From Alphaproteobacteria bacterium (GTDB lineage: Bacteria > Pseudomonadota > Alphaproteobacteria > Rickettsiales > SXRF01), in assembly GCA_020049775.1 (NCBI GenBank), contig JAGVLO010000013.1, forward strand, positions 37,256-101,255: a stretch of 64,000 nt of DNA. The letters are read 5' to 3'. Numbering within the stretch: the stretch's first letter is position 1; each line of letters begins with the position of its first letter. A model generated the notes under the pieces. That model did not search any database. It was not told the DNA's origin and saw only the letters and a list, made by a program, of their open reading frames with translations. Of the stretch, positions 48,215-58,982 are shown one piece after another. Made by a program: the position numbers and the translations under genes.

Positions 48215-48929
48215 GGGTTATCTCGTCCGCTTTTTCTACCAACCTGTTCATAGCCTGTTCAATAGCCAGCCTGCATTCTTCTTCTTGGTCTTCACTGGCG
48301 TCACGAGACAATACGATAGGAGCGCCGACAAGAAAAGCAATATGTCCAAAGGGTAATGCCAGCATGAAGCGGTCCCAGCTTTTAAAACGCAGGCATCGCG
48401 TAGAAGAAAACGTTACTGGCAGCACTGGTTTTCCTGTCAATTTGGCGATGGCGGCGGTGCCTTGCGCCACCACCTGCACTGGCCCGCGCGGGCCGTCGGG
48501 CGTGACGCTGATATTGTCTCCGGCCTTGAGGAAGCGCACGATTTCAATCAACGCTCCCATGCCGCGCTTGCTGGTGGAACCGCTGATGGTGGCCTGCCCG
48601 AAATGGCTGATGACTTTTGAAATCAGAACGCCGTCGCGGTGCAGCGAAATCAGCACGCGCATCTTACGTTTGGGCGGGCAGAAGGCGGGAAGCAGCATCA
48701 TGCGTCCGTGCCAGAAGGCGAACACAGCGTTTTCTTCGCCGCTTGTGTAACGTACCGAGGCTTCGTCGATATAACGCGTCTTACGGCTGGTGATAAAAAC
48801 AAGGCGTATGTAAAGCGAAAACAGCACCGCCAAAAACGCTTGCGTGCGCGGATGCTTGAGCAGGCGTTTCTGCCATTTCATGCGCGGTGGCGCAGCAACT
48901 GTCTGGGGTGCTGGTTGCGTGCTTTCCAT
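48207..48929 (-). CDS. DUF374 / lysophospholipid acyltransferase-like protein
   Basis: FWHGRMMLLP and the VTPDGPRGP motif. Conserved position upstream of waaA. Confidence 0.7.
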   Translation of the reverse strand: MESTQPAPQTVAAPPRMKWQKRLLKHPRTQAFLAVLFSLYIRLVFITSRKTRYIDEASVRYTSGEENAVFAFWHGRMMLLPAFCPPKRKMRVLISLHRDGVLISKVISHFGQATISGSTSKRGMGALIEIVRFLKAGDNISVTPDGPRGPVQVVAQGTAAIAKLTGKPVLPVTFSSTRCLRFKSWDRFMLALPFGHIAFLVGAPIVLSRDASEDQEEECRLAIEQAMNRLVEKADEITHA

Positions 48930-48934
48930 GATTC

Positions 48935-50281
48935 TTACGCGCCTGCGATGGTCATACCATCCACGCGCAGGGTGGGCGCGTTGGTGGCGTAGCGGAACTC
49001 CAGGTCATTGGCGGGTGTTACGTTGGCGAACATATCTTTCAAATGGCCTGCGATGGTTATTTCCGATACCGGATAGGTCAACTCGCCGTTTTCAATCCAT
49101 AGGCCAGCCGCGCCCTGACTGTAGTCGCCGGTCACGGTATTGATACCCATGCCAAACGTGTCGGTGACATAGAGGCCGCTTTTGATATCGCCGATAAGTG
49201 CCGATGGCGAGAGTATTCCCTTTTCCATGTACAGATTGGTGGAAGATGGGCTGGGCGGGGAAGACGTGCCGCGCGACGCATGGCCGGTGGTGGCCAGCTT
49301 TAGCTTGTTGGCGGTGCGCACGTCGAGCAGCCATGTTTTCAACTCGCCTTTTTCCACAATGGTACGTTTGCGGTTTTCCACGCCTTCGGCATCGAAGGGG
49401 CGTGAACCTAGCCCTGCGATGATGTGCGGGTCGTCGATAATGGTGATATGTTCAGGGAATATATCTGTGTTCATGGCATTTTTCAGGAAGCTCGAGCCAC
49501 GTGCAATGGCGCTGCCGGAAATAGCGCCTGCCAGCACACCGACCAGCCCGCGGCTGATGCGCGGATCGAACACGACAGGCACTTTGCAGGTAGGTACTTT
49601 GCGCGGATTCAGCCTACGCAGTGTCAACTTTGCCGCTTCCTCGCCGATGGAGTGCGCGGCGCGTAAATCTTTGCGGTGGCGTGTGCTGGTGTAATCATAA
49701 TCACGTTCCATGCCGGTACCCTCTCCTGCCACTACCGATACGGAAAGTGAGAAATGGCTGGTGCGGTAGCTATGGGCAAAGCGATTGCCCGTGCCATCGG
49801 CGATGGCAAGGGAGATACTGCTCTGGCCGTATCCGGCGTCAGCGCCTTCGGAATTAGTGATGCCTTTGGTGGCCAGTGCGGCTTCTTCTGCATTACGGCA
49901 CTGCTCTGCCAGCCATTCACCGGAAGGCTCGGCGTCGTCGATCAGCTTAAGGTCGGGAATAGACTTTGCGCGAATATCGGCGGGTGCGAGTGTGCTGTCG
50001 GCATCGGGCGGTGCAGCCTTGGCCATGGCCACCACACGTTGCGCCAACTCGGCCAGCGTATCCGGATGGGTGTCGGTGGTGGAAACAATCGCTTGTCTCT
50101 GGCCAACGAAAACGCGCAGCCCCAGTCCCTTGCTTTCCGAACGTTCAAGGGCTTCGGGTTTGCGCAAGCGGTAGCTGGTGCTGACATTGACGGTTTCAAA
50201 CATTACGGCGTCGGCGGCGTCGGCGCCACAGGCGCGCGCTTTGTCAAGCAGCATGGACAAAGTATCAAGGTTTTTGGTCAT
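48935..50281 (-). CDS. pmbA: PmbA/TldE metalloprotease family protein
   Basis: 448 aa. The C-terminal pattern GDYSQGAAGLWIENGEL is typical of PmbA/TldD. Confidence 0.85.
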   Translation of the reverse strand: MTKNLDTLSMLLDKARACGADAADAVMFETVNVSTSYRLRKPEALERSESKGLGLRVFVGQRQAIVSTTDTHPDTLAELAQRVVAMAKAAPPDADSTLAPADIRAKSIPDLKLIDDAEPSGEWLAEQCRNAEEAALATKGITNSEGADAGYGQSSISLAIADGTGNRFAHSYRTSHFSLSVSVVAGEGTGMERDYDYTSTRHRKDLRAAHSIGEEAAKLTLRRLNPRKVPTCKVPVVFDPRISRGLVGVLAGAISGSAIARGSSFLKNAMNTDIFPEHITIIDDPHIIAGLGSRPFDAEGVENRKRTIVEKGELKTWLLDVRTANKLKLATTGHASRGTSSPPSPSSTNLYMEKGILSPSALIGDIKSGLYVTDTFGMGINTVTGDYSQGAAGLWIENGELTYPVSEITIAGHLKDMFANVTPANDLEFRYATNAPTLRVDGMTIAGA

Positions 50282-50430
50282 GGGCGGCTGGTCTTATCCC
50301 GGGTATTGGTTATAAGTGGTTGGCCTTTATTAGAATATTGTGGGCATATTAGCAACGTGCCATAAAGAAACAGCATAATTCTTTCTTGTATAGCAACAGG
50401 GGATTGAGTATCTATGCACATCGTATTAGA

Positions 50431-50886
50431 ATGCATGCCATGGGTAGTAATGACACTGTGACACTTTCGGTATCAAGGCCTAAAATACATCGGCCCCCAT
50501 CTTTCCTGTCTGAAAAGAAAAGCCGCAACAGCTACCAGCTGCCTTCGCTGGTTCGTGGGGTGCGCCTTGGTTTGCTGCTGGCGGTGGCGTCGCTGGCGCT
50601 GTTTATCTTTTCGCGCATGATAACCACCCCAAATGCTACGGTGACAGTAGCCGCAACACGGCTGGAACCTTCGGCAGGTGATGCCATGGCCATGCTGCCG
50701 CAGGCGCAGGTCGAGCAGGGGCGGCGCAAAGGCAAAACCATTATGATTGAAGGGAAAAACGGCACAATTGTCGGGCAGTTGGCCAAAATTCCTTCTGAAA
50801 ATGGCGGTATCAGCGAAATCAGCACTGTATCTGATGTTGACAATCGCGCGGGACGCGAACTACTTTCCATTATTAGCAAATATTAA
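50431..50886 (+). CDS. Hypothetical protein with one TM segment
   Basis: The ORF-track start is a TTG at 50386. The first ATG is at 50431 (MHAMGSND). TM segment: LGLLLAVASLALFIF. Weak support. Confidence 0.35.
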   Translation: MHAMGSNDTVTLSVSRPKIHRPPSFLSEKKSRNSYQLPSLVRGVRLGLLLAVASLALFIFSRMITTPNATVTVAATRLEPSAGDAMAMLPQAQVEQGRRKGKTIMIEGKNGTIVGQLAKIPSENGGISEISTVSDVDNRAGRELLSIISKY

Positions 50887-50916
50887 CCTTTAAATCCAAA
50901 ATATCAGGAAGGCTTC

Positions 50917-51957
50917 ATGAATAGAAAAGCCCTGCGCGCATTGTTCCTTTGCAGCCTGCTTGTGCTGGCACCGATGAGTGCGGCCCAAGCCAATGAGGTG
51001 CTGGGCATTGTCACCGGTCCCAAGACCGGCACATACTATACGTTCGGTAAGGATATTTCGCAGGTGGCTGGAAAAGCCAAGGTCGATGTGGATATTAAAG
51101 TCTCGGAAGGCTCTATCGACAATATCAAGCGCATCAACAGCACAGAAAATGCAGCACTGGGCATTGTACAGTCGGATGTGCTTGGATTCTTAAGCCGTTC
51201 CAAAAGCCCGGATTCGATGCGCATGGCCAGTAATTTGCGTATGATTTTCCCTTTTTATAATGAAGAAGTGCATGTGCTGGCCCGCAAGGAAATACAAAGC
51301 TTCAGCGATTTGCAGGGCAAAAAAGTAGCAGTGGGCGAAGAGGGCAGCGGCAATATGCTGACCTCCATCAACCTGTTTTCCATGATGAATATTACGCCTT
51401 CGCAGATGGAGAAAATGTCTCCTGCGCAGGGTGTGGTGTCGGTGCTTAAGGGTGAAATGGACGCGGCCATATTTGTTGGCGGCAAACCGGTGCGCCTGTT
51501 CAAGAATCTCGAGGACCTGACGTTGCCGGAAAACCAGAAATATTCGTTGATGTTGCAGCAGGTGCATTTCCTGCCGCTTGACGACCCCAAAATGCTGGAA
51601 GAATACAAACCGGCTGAAATCACCAAGAGCGACTATAATTTTGTACAAAGCAATGTGCCTACTGTCGCGGTGCAGGCGGTGATGATTTCCTATGACTTCT
51701 CGCAGAACAACAACAAAAAACGTTGTGAAAAGCTGGGTCAACTGGCCAAGGCGATACGCACGGAGATGCCTACACTGGTGACCCGTGGCCATGCCAAATG
51801 GAAAGAAGTCAATCTTGATGCTGATACCGGCGTGTGGACCAAGGATGCCTGCGCATGGCCTGAGCTGGCTGCGGCTAGCGCTGGGGAAAACAAGCAGTCG
51901 GAAAAAACCGCTGCTTCAAGCAAAGACCTGCTGAAAATCGTTGATAAAAAGAACTAA
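50917..51957 (+). CDS. TAXI-family TRAP transporter solute-binding protein
   Basis: Signal peptide and the GTYYTFGKDI motif characteristic of TAXI receptors. No membrane component is adjacent. Confidence 0.7.
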   Translation: MNRKALRALFLCSLLVLAPMSAAQANEVLGIVTGPKTGTYYTFGKDISQVAGKAKVDVDIKVSEGSIDNIKRINSTENAALGIVQSDVLGFLSRSKSPDSMRMASNLRMIFPFYNEEVHVLARKEIQSFSDLQGKKVAVGEEGSGNMLTSINLFSMMNITPSQMEKMSPAQGVVSVLKGEMDAAIFVGGKPVRLFKNLEDLTLPENQKYSLMLQQVHFLPLDDPKMLEEYKPAEITKSDYNFVQSNVPTVAVQAVMISYDFSQNNNKKRCEKLGQLAKAIRTEMPTLVTRGHAKWKEVNLDADTGVWTKDACAWPELAAASAGENKQSEKTAASSKDLLKIVDKKN

Positions 51958-51964
51958 GCTTTTC

Positions 51965-53056
51965 CTAAAAAAGATGTCCTGACTTTTTTGCCTTGGCGTC
52001 GAGATAGGCAAGATTGTGCTTGCTGCCGGCAGCCACAAGAGGCGCGCGCTCGGACACTTTGATACCGTGTTTTTCCACAGCCTCGATTTTGTGCGGGTTG
52101 TTGGTAAGCAGGCGGATGCGCGGCGCACCAAGTTTTTTCAGGATGCTGCAGGCAATAGCAAAGTCGCGCTCGTCTTCATCAAAACCCAGCATTAGGTTTG
52201 CATCAAACGTATCTATACCTTTTTCCTGAAGCTGGTAGGCGCGCAGCTTATTCGTGATGCCGATGCCGCGCCCTTCCTGATACAGGTACAGCAATATGCC
52301 GCAGCCTTCCTCGGCGATGCGCTCCAGCGCAAGCCTGAGCTGGTTGCCGCAATCGCAGCGCAGGCTGCCCAGAATATCGCCCGTCACGCAGGAGGAATGC
52401 ACGCGCACCAGCGGCGCGTTGCTTTTTGTAATATCACCTACCACCAGCGCCAGATGCACTGCTGTGCTGTGGCGTGCGCGAAATCCGACAAGCCGCGCGT
52501 TTTCTATTGCGTCGGTGGGCAGTTTCGCATGTGCGGTTTCAATAACGTCGAGCAGCGGCGCTGCAATGTAAGAACGGATATCCTGTGCTGTCAGCCTGCA
52601 CCAGTCCGCTATTGCTGGCAGCAATGTATTCGCCTGAATTTCCACCGCCAACATGGATGGCAGCAACCCTGCATATTTGGCGAGCTTCAATGCCAGTGCG
52701 CAGGCTTCACTAGCATTGGCGTTCCTTGTTGCAGCGGGTGTCTTTTCCAGCAGCGGGTCGGCATAAGCGAGAATATCGGCAAGCACTAATTTAGCGGCAG
52801 AAATGGCAATGCAATCACCGGATTGATCGGCCAGTTTTGCGCTTCGCGCGCGCGCGCCGGTCAGTAGCAATAGCGGGTTCTTTCCGTCCTTGCGCAAAAC
52901 CTCGAGCAGGTCTTCTGACAGGAACTCGACAGGATAACAGGCCAGCACAGTAGTGTTATCTGTTTGAATAATAATACCCATCTGGCGGCGCAATTCATCG
53001 ATGGCGCGCTCGGTATTAATGTGAGCATTTATTCTAGTATCCTGTTTTTTAAGCAT
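51965..53056 (-). CDS. ribA: GTP cyclohydrolase II (long form with N-terminal extension)
   Basis: VRVHSSCVTGDILGSLRCDCG zinc motif and EGRGIG. Confidence 0.85.
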   Translation of the reverse strand: MLKKQDTRINAHINTERAIDELRRQMGIIIQTDNTTVLACYPVEFLSEDLLEVLRKDGKNPLLLLTGARARSAKLADQSGDCIAISAAKLVLADILAYADPLLEKTPAATRNANASEACALALKLAKYAGLLPSMLAVEIQANTLLPAIADWCRLTAQDIRSYIAAPLLDVIETAHAKLPTDAIENARLVGFRARHSTAVHLALVVGDITKSNAPLVRVHSSCVTGDILGSLRCDCGNQLRLALERIAEEGCGILLYLYQEGRGIGITNKLRAYQLQEKGIDTFDANLMLGFDEDERDFAIACSILKKLGAPRIRLLTNNPHKIEAVEKHGIKVSERAPLVAAGSKHNLAYLDAKAKKSGHLF

Positions 53057-53145
53057 TAATTTACTTTCTCAAGCCCTTGCGGGAGGGCATCATTCATATT
53101 ACAACTGTCGCCTTACTACAAATATTACTAGAAATTAAGAGAAAT

Positions 53146-53715
53146 ATGGCCTCTGCCCCTATAATTATTGTCAGTGATGATAAGGATTTTACCAGCGTTA
53201 TCGCCGAACAGGTGAGCGCGGAGCTGGGCGTGCCATGCCATGAAGCGACGCTGCAAGAGCTGAATGACAAAACTATATCGGATTATACGCTGGTAGTCAG
53301 CGACCGGCCGGTGAGCGCACAGGCACTGGTGGTAAGCGCAAAGCCGCTGCGCGTGCAGGACATGCTGGCGCAGATAGAGGAATTGCTGCACAAGGCATCG
53401 GTTCCGGAATCGCGAAGCTTAAGCGCCTCGTACTGCTTGCGCGGCAGGCAGAAACAACTGATGCACGAAACTACAGGTAAGAGCGTGGATATCACCGACA
53501 AGGAAATGCAATTGCTTCTGGCGCTGGCCGATGCGGGGACAAGCGGTATGCGCAGAGAATTGCTGCTCAAGCGCGTATGGGGATTTGAATCGCCGGAAGA
53601 CACGCATACGCTGGAAACGCATGTTTATCGCCTGCGCAGTAAAATCAAGGAGCTGTCGGGCGATGACAGCCTGATTGTCGCCACTGACGGCGGTTACAAA
53701 ATGGCGGCGCTATGA
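53146..53715 (+). CDS. Atypical response-regulator-like protein (shortened receiver plus OmpR-type winged helix)
   Basis: C-terminal [13 protein letters not shown]...[15 protein letters not shown] winged helix. The N-terminal domain has [15 protein letters not shown] and SAKPL, but the segment between the putative phospho-Asp and the conserved Lys is very short. Confidence 0.6.
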   Translation: MASAPIIIVSDDKDFTSVIAEQVSAELGVPCHEATLQELNDKTISDYTLVVSDRPVSAQALVVSAKPLRVQDMLAQIEELLHKASVPESRSLSASYCLRGRQKQLMHETTGKSVDITDKEMQLLLALADAGTSGMRRELLLKRVWGFESPEDTHTLETHVYRLRSKIKELSGDDSLIVATDGGYKMAAL

Positions 53716-54821
53716 GCGAAAACACACAAACTAAAACACAAATCATCGGGCTTACGCGTGCAGAGCTGACGGAAAAGCTCAAAGAGTTTGGCTTCGAGCC
53801 GTTCCGCACCAAGCAGCTATGGCACTGGGTGTATGTCAAAGGCGCGACCAGTTTCGACCAGATGACCACCATCGCCAAAGACAGCCGGAGCGTGCTGGAA
53901 CAGCATTTTACCCTCGATCGCCCGAAAGCGGTGCGTGACCTTGTCAGCTTTGACCACACACGCAAATGGCTGCTGGAATTTCCAGACGGCAACAAAATTG
54001 AAACCGTATTCATTCCCGAAGAAGACCGTGGGGCGCTGTGTGTGTCATCGCAGGTGGGCTGTACCTTGACTTGCTCTTTCTGCCATACCGGCACCATGCC
54101 GCTGGTGAGGAATCTCAGCGCGCAGGAAATTATCGCTCAGGTGCTGGTGGCGCGTGACGGGTTGAACGAATGGGGCAAGCGCCGCGAGGACTGTCTGTTC
54201 ACCAATATCGTGATGATGGGCATGGGTGAGCCGCTTTTTAATTACGAGAATGTCGCCAAGGCGTTGACCATTGTTATGGACGGCGAGGGTATCGCCATTT
54301 CCAAGCGCAAGATTACACTTTCCACCTCCGGTGTGGTGCCGATGATTGAACGCTGCGGACACGAGCTGGGAGTCAACCTCGCCATCAGCCTGCACGCCGT
54401 GCGCGACGATCTGCGCGACGAGCTGGTGCCGCTGAATAAAAAATACCCCATCAAGGAACTGCTTATCGCCTGCCGCAATTATCCGGCGGCGAATAATGCG
54501 CGGCGCATTACGTTTGAATATGTGATGCTCAAGGGGATCAACGACAGCGACGCCGATGCGCGCGAGCTGGTGCGGCTGCTTAATGGCATTCACGCCAAGG
54601 TGAATCTGATCCCGTGGAATCCATGGCCGGGGGCGCAATATGAAACCTCCACGCGCGAGCGTATTCAGGCTTTCTCGCGCATTGTCAACGACGCAGGCTT
54701 TTCCGCGCCGGTGCGCGCTACGCGCGGGCAGGATATTTTTGCCGCTTGCGGCCAGCTCAAATCCGACTCTGAGCGTAAAAAAGGCGAAAAAGTATGGCTG
54801 GGTGATAAGCCGCAGGCGTAA
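53712..54821 (+). CDS. rlmN: 23S rRNA / tRNA m2A methyltransferase (radical SAM)
   Basis: [18 protein letters not shown] radical-SAM cluster and the C-terminal [11 protein letters not shown]. Confidence 0.95.
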   Translation: MSENTQTKTQIIGLTRAELTEKLKEFGFEPFRTKQLWHWVYVKGATSFDQMTTIAKDSRSVLEQHFTLDRPKAVRDLVSFDHTRKWLLEFPDGNKIETVFIPEEDRGALCVSSQVGCTLTCSFCHTGTMPLVRNLSAQEIIAQVLVARDGLNEWGKRREDCLFTNIVMMGMGEPLFNYENVAKALTIVMDGEGIAISKRKITLSTSGVVPMIERCGHELGVNLAISLHAVRDDLRDELVPLNKKYPIKELLIACRNYPAANNARRITFEYVMLKGINDSDADARELVRLLNGIHAKVNLIPWNPWPGAQYETSTRERIQAFSRIVNDAGFSAPVRATRGQDIFAACGQLKSDSERKKGEKVWLGDKPQA

Positions 54822-54903
54822 CCAATTAAATGAATCGCTAGACCCTGCCGTAAACAATCCCTAATATCGCCCGAGTTATAAAAACTCACAGGACAAAGCT
54901 GCG

Positions 54904-56160
54904 ATGAAAAAAGTCCTTGTCTCCGGCATGATCGGCAACGGCCTTGAATGGTATGACTACGCGCTCTATGGGCAGGTGGCGTGGCTCTTGGGCCAGAAAT
55001 TTTTCCCTGCCGGAGACCCCGCTGCACAGTTGCTTGCCACCTTCGGATTATTTGCCGCCGGTTTTTTAGTGCGTCCGCTGGGTGCGATTTTTTTCGGCTG
55101 GCTGGGTGACACGTACGGGCGGCGGGCGGCGATGGTGGTGGCGGTGCTGATGATGGCGATTCCCACCGGCTGTATCGGGTTGCTTCCGACATACGAACAG
55201 ATTGGGGTTTTAGCGCCTGTACTGCTGACGCTGATACGGCTGATGCAGGGGATTTCGCTGGGCGGTGAGTTCTCCGGCTCGATTACCTATATCGTAGAAC
55301 ATGCGCCGCAAAACAGGCGGGCGCTGGCGGGTTCGGCCTCGCTGGTCAGCCTGATGATCGGGTTTTTGATGGGCTTGTTTGTGGTGCGCGGCTGCATCGC
55401 CTATTTCGGGCAGGAAGCGTTTGAGGACTGGGCGTGGCGGCTGCCATTCCTTTCCGGCATCGTCATCGGTCTTGTCGGGTTTTATATCCGCAGCCATTGT
55501 TCGGAAAGCCCGACATTTGAAAATGCCAAGGCGCAGGGCGCGATTTCGCAAACGCCGGTACGCGAGGCCTTCCGCCGCCATCCATGGGAAATGCTGCAGG
55601 GCTTTGGCATGTATATGACTGTGACCATGCCTTTTTATCTGGCGGCGATTTATTTTATCAGCTTTTCGCAGACGCATCTGGGCATGAGCAGCGCCGATGC
55701 CATGACGGCGAGCGTAGGCAACATGCTGGGCATGTTGATCATGATTCCTGGCTCGGCGTGGCTTTCCGACCGCATTGGCCGAAAGCCGGTGATGATGGGG
55801 GCGGCTGCGCTTATCTTCGTCAGCGTAATTCCCCTGTTTGGCCATTTTGAAGCGGGCATGGATGCACGCAGCGCTATGCTGGTGCAATTCGCATTCTCGC
55901 TAATGCTGGGTGTGTATATGGGGCCGGTGGCCGCCGTGCTGGTGGAGCTTTTTCCCACGTCGGTGCGTTTTTCGGGTATGGCTATCGCCTACAATGTTGC
56001 CGCCGCATTGTTTGGCGGCACGGCGCCGCTAGTGTGTGAATGGCTGATAAATGCGACGGGAAATATTCATGTCATCGCCTATTATGTCATGCTGTGTAAC
56101 GTGTGCGCGCTGATAGCGCTGTATCACTACAAGGACCGCTTCCGCGAAGCGCTACGGTAA
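54904..56160 (+). CDS. MFS transporter (metabolite:H+ symporter, ProP-like)
   Basis: 12 TM segments. Motifs GNGLEWYDY and GWLGDTYGRR. Confidence 0.8.
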   Translation: MKKVLVSGMIGNGLEWYDYALYGQVAWLLGQKFFPAGDPAAQLLATFGLFAAGFLVRPLGAIFFGWLGDTYGRRAAMVVAVLMMAIPTGCIGLLPTYEQIGVLAPVLLTLIRLMQGISLGGEFSGSITYIVEHAPQNRRALAGSASLVSLMIGFLMGLFVVRGCIAYFGQEAFEDWAWRLPFLSGIVIGLVGFYIRSHCSESPTFENAKAQGAISQTPVREAFRRHPWEMLQGFGMYMTVTMPFYLAAIYFISFSQTHLGMSSADAMTASVGNMLGMLIMIPGSAWLSDRIGRKPVMMGAAALIFVSVIPLFGHFEAGMDARSAMLVQFAFSLMLGVYMGPVAAVLVELFPTSVRFSGMAIAYNVAAALFGGTAPLVCEWLINATGNIHVIAYYVMLCNVCALIALYHYKDRFREALR

Positions 56161-56163
56161 CCG

Positions 56164-56478
56164 TTAGTTGAGGTAATAGCCGGTAAGGGCAAGGTAGCCG
56201 CCTTCCATGAGTATGGCCAAATTGCGCCGCAAGTTGTTGTCATCCACCAGTTGCGCTTTGAAAAACACATAATATTTAAATACATGGTAAATAAAAGCCG
56301 CCATGTAGATGGGTGTTTCAATTAACATGGAAGCAGAGCTGATAAGCGTCATCAGCAGGTAAAATGGTGAGCCGTAAACCACTATGTTCAGGAAAATGGC
56401 ATGCGATCCCATAAAATAGCTGCCAGCTACAATCAGTGTCTGGACCAGGGCAAGGATTAAAACAACGGATGAATACAT
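56164..56478 (-). CDS. Small hydrophobic protein (104 aa)
   Basis: Three hydrophobic segments and AT-rich. Only the ORF supports it. Confidence 0.35.
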   Translation of the reverse strand: MYSSVVLILALVQTLIVAGSYFMGSHAIFLNIVVYGSPFYLLMTLISSASMLIETPIYMAAFIYHVFKYYVFFKAQLVDDNNLRRNLAILMEGGYLALTGYYLN

Positions 56479-56692
56479 GGCAGATACCGATCTTGTTTAG
56501 CTTAGCTTACCCGATAATTTGCCATTAGCAAGAAATTTTACTTCTAACATAAGGGGTTAAGTAAAATTGACCGCCAAAGCCCCTATAAAATAGGGATAGA
56601 GCCGACGATGAACCTTGACTTATGGCCGCCAGTCTTTTACCTCAGACTTCCGCTGAATTGGTCGATGTTTCCGGCTCTCAGCAGGTTCGTGT

Positions 56693-56778
56693 GGAGGAGT
56701 GGCCGAGTGGTCAATGGCAGCAGACTGTAAATCTGCCCGCGCAAGCGTTCGCAGGTTCAAATCCTGCCTCCTCCACCA
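56693..56778 (+). tRNA. tRNA-Tyr (anticodon GTA) with long variable arm and encoded CCA
   Basis: Acceptor stem GGAGGAG/CTCCTCC, D-arm GTGGCCGAGTGGTCAATGGC, anticodon loop CTGTAAA, long variable arm, T-arm GCAGGTTCAAATCCTGC, and ACCA end. Confidence 0.9.
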
Positions 56779-56893
56779 TTTTACGATTCATGGACATTCA
56801 CCGATGTTCACAGAAGTGCTAAAAAAGTCATGTAGACAAGGCACTTATTATTCACTAGTATTCAAGCAGGTTTAAGGCAAGCCAAACCCAGAT

Positions 56894-56919
56894 AGGGGTA
56901 TTTTAAGGCAAATACCCCT
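56894..56919. promoter_or_regulatory. Inverted repeat AGGGGTATTT-N6-AAATACCCCT upstream of int (possible integrase or regulator site)
   Basis: Perfect 10-bp arms. The same heptamer recurs at 56946-56953 (ATACCCCT, abutting the int ATG) and as direct copies at 60506-60512 and 60518-60524. Confidence 0.45.
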
Positions 56920-56953
56920 ACTTTTTTAGACCCTCTAAAAACTGGATACCCCT

Positions 56954-58171
56954 ATGTTGCTTACTGTAAAGGCGATTCAGAACGCCAAAGCCAAAGACAA
57001 GCAATATAAGCTCAATGATGGCGCTGGGCTTTACTTACTGGTCACTCCCACTGGCAGTAAATGTTGGCGCTACAAGTATTATTGGGCAGGCAAAGAGAAG
57101 GTGTTGTCTCTGGGCATGTTCCAAGATGTAAGCCTTTCAGAAGCCCGTGAGCGCCGTGATGAGGCACGTAAGGTCAAAAATAGGGGTATTGACCCTTCTG
57201 ATATTAAACGTGAGCAAAAGCAGCAGATACTTGAAAGCCATGAGCATAATTTTGCCAGCATAGCCCGTGAATGGCATGAGCAGAAAAGCAGTAGATGGTC
57301 ACCTTATTACTCTAGGCAGGTCATGCAGCGGCTTGAAAATGACATTTTGCCTAAGATTGGCAATCTTCCTATTGCTAAAATTACAGCACCCGACATTTTG
57401 AGAATTGCCAGGGCTATTGAGGCACGCGATGCCATAGAGATTGCTCACCGTGCTGTCACCGTATGTAGCCAGATTTTCCAATATGCAATGATTTTGGGTA
57501 GAACAAAAGATAACCCTGCCCTAGCTTTACGCGGCGCACTAAAAACTGCAGAACGGAAGCATCGGCCACATCTGAGCCATAGCGAACTGCCAGATTTTTT
57601 TAGAACACTGGATGCTTATGACGGTGGTGTGCAGACTAAGCTCGCCATCCGCTTGCTGATACTAACCTTTGTTCGCCCCTCTGAATTGCGGTGCGCCAGA
57701 TGGTCAGAGATTGATTTTAAACGCAAGGAATGGCGTATTCCCCTAGAGCGCATGAAAATGCGTATCCCTCACATTGTACCCCTTTCCTGTCAGGCTATTG
57801 AGATATTGAAAACCCTGAAAAACTTAAATGGTGGCTGGGAATATGTCTTTCCTAGTATACAAGCGCCACGTAAATGTATGAGTAGTAATGCTATGCTCTT
57901 TGCCCTTTGGACTATGGGTTATAAAGGAAAAGCGACTGTACATGGCTTCCGTGGCACCGCTTCTACTATTCTTAATGAAAGTGGATTATTCGGCAGAGAC
58001 GTTATTGAGCGCCAACTTTCCCACCAAGAACGCAGCCGAGTCCGTGCTGCCTATGACCATGCTGAACATTTACCCGCCAGGCAGAAGATGATGCAGTGGT
58101 GGGCAGATTGTTTAGATGAGGCCGCAAAGTCGTCTAAAAAGAAAACAGTGCGCTTGGTCGCTCAGAAATAA
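56954..58171 (+). CDS. int: Tyrosine recombinase, P4-like integrase (DUF4102 N-terminal domain)
   Basis: N-terminal LTVKAIQNAKAKDKQYKLNDGAGLYLLVTPTGSKCWRYKY. Catalytic region contains ..RPSELRCARWSEI.., HGFRGTAST and the C-terminal AYDH. Confidence 0.9.
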   Translation: MLLTVKAIQNAKAKDKQYKLNDGAGLYLLVTPTGSKCWRYKYYWAGKEKVLSLGMFQDVSLSEARERRDEARKVKNRGIDPSDIKREQKQQILESHEHNFASIAREWHEQKSSRWSPYYSRQVMQRLENDILPKIGNLPIAKITAPDILRIARAIEARDAIEIAHRAVTVCSQIFQYAMILGRTKDNPALALRGALKTAERKHRPHLSHSELPDFFRTLDAYDGGVQTKLAIRLLILTFVRPSELRCARWSEIDFKRKEWRIPLERMKMRIPHIVPLSCQAIEILKTLKNLNGGWEYVFPSIQAPRKCMSSNAMLFALWTMGYKGKATVHGFRGTASTILNESGLFGRDVIERQLSHQERSRVRAAYDHAEHLPARQKMMQWWADCLDEAAKSSKKKTVRLVAQK

Positions 58172-58173
58172 AT

Positions 58174-58890
58174 ATGTCCAAACAAAACAACTATTCTGAC
58201 CAAGAATACATCGGCAAATTTCTGTCTATTGCAGGTAAAGATAATTGCAGTAAAACTGAGGCTGGCATTAAAAGAGCTTTTGGCTTTGGCCTTAAATATA
58301 AGCACTCTGGTGCCAGCCGCATACAGCGCAAAGCTTTTGAAGCGATTGGCTATTTGAAATACCAAGAGATAAAAAAGCAGATTTCAGTCAAATCGGATTA
58401 TGCAAATTTCATTAAAAGAGTGAAGTCACTAAAGACCGAGCTTGATAAGACATTGGAATACTCTGCTGACCAAGAAATTATCAAACTTGTGCAGCACCGC
58501 TCTCTGCCATTAAGCGAATTATCGTTATCTGATGATTCACGGCTCTTTGAGAGCATTTCAAAGGATATGCAGAAACTGTCATTGAGGTTGGCGATATTAT
58601 TAGATGACAGAAGGAGTGCCAAGGGAAAGCCCTCTATTGAAGAATTTTACGCATATATCTATGAAGTGGCCTGCTTATTCCAAGAATTATCACAAAATGA
58701 ATTTCGGGTTTATCGCCATGAAAGCCATGAACCTATAACGTCTGGCCATGCATTTGCCAATTTAGCCACTCATTATTTGAATAGCCTTGCAAGAGAAAGA
58801 AATTGTTCTGCAGGTTACTCTGATAAAAATATATTGAACGCATGTGAAGCTGCAAAAAAACGATTAAATACAAACGCTGGTAAATTGTAA
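58174..58890 (+). CDS. Island hypothetical protein (238 aa)
   Basis: Starts 2 nt after the int stop. AT-rich with no motif recognised. Confidence 0.5.
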   Translation: MSKQNNYSDQEYIGKFLSIAGKDNCSKTEAGIKRAFGFGLKYKHSGASRIQRKAFEAIGYLKYQEIKKQISVKSDYANFIKRVKSLKTELDKTLEYSADQEIIKLVQHRSLPLSELSLSDDSRLFESISKDMQKLSLRLAILLDDRRSAKGKPSIEEFYAYIYEVACLFQELSQNEFRVYRHESHEPITSGHAFANLATHYLNSLARERNCSAGYSDKNILNACEAAKKRLNTNAGKL

Positions 58891-58982
58891 GAAATTATCT
58901 TCATTTTATCTAGGTGGTTTCAATTTAGTTTGTCCCTGAATGTCCATAGGATGCCAGTGTAACCATTACACAAGGATGGACT

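Noticed and set aside
54045-54857. A 270-aa minus-strand ORF antisense to rlmN. The same applies to the antisense ORFs 28034-28678 (aroE) and 3947-4708 (bdhA and patatin).
   Set aside because: The sense strands encode well-supported enzymes, and these are shadow frames.
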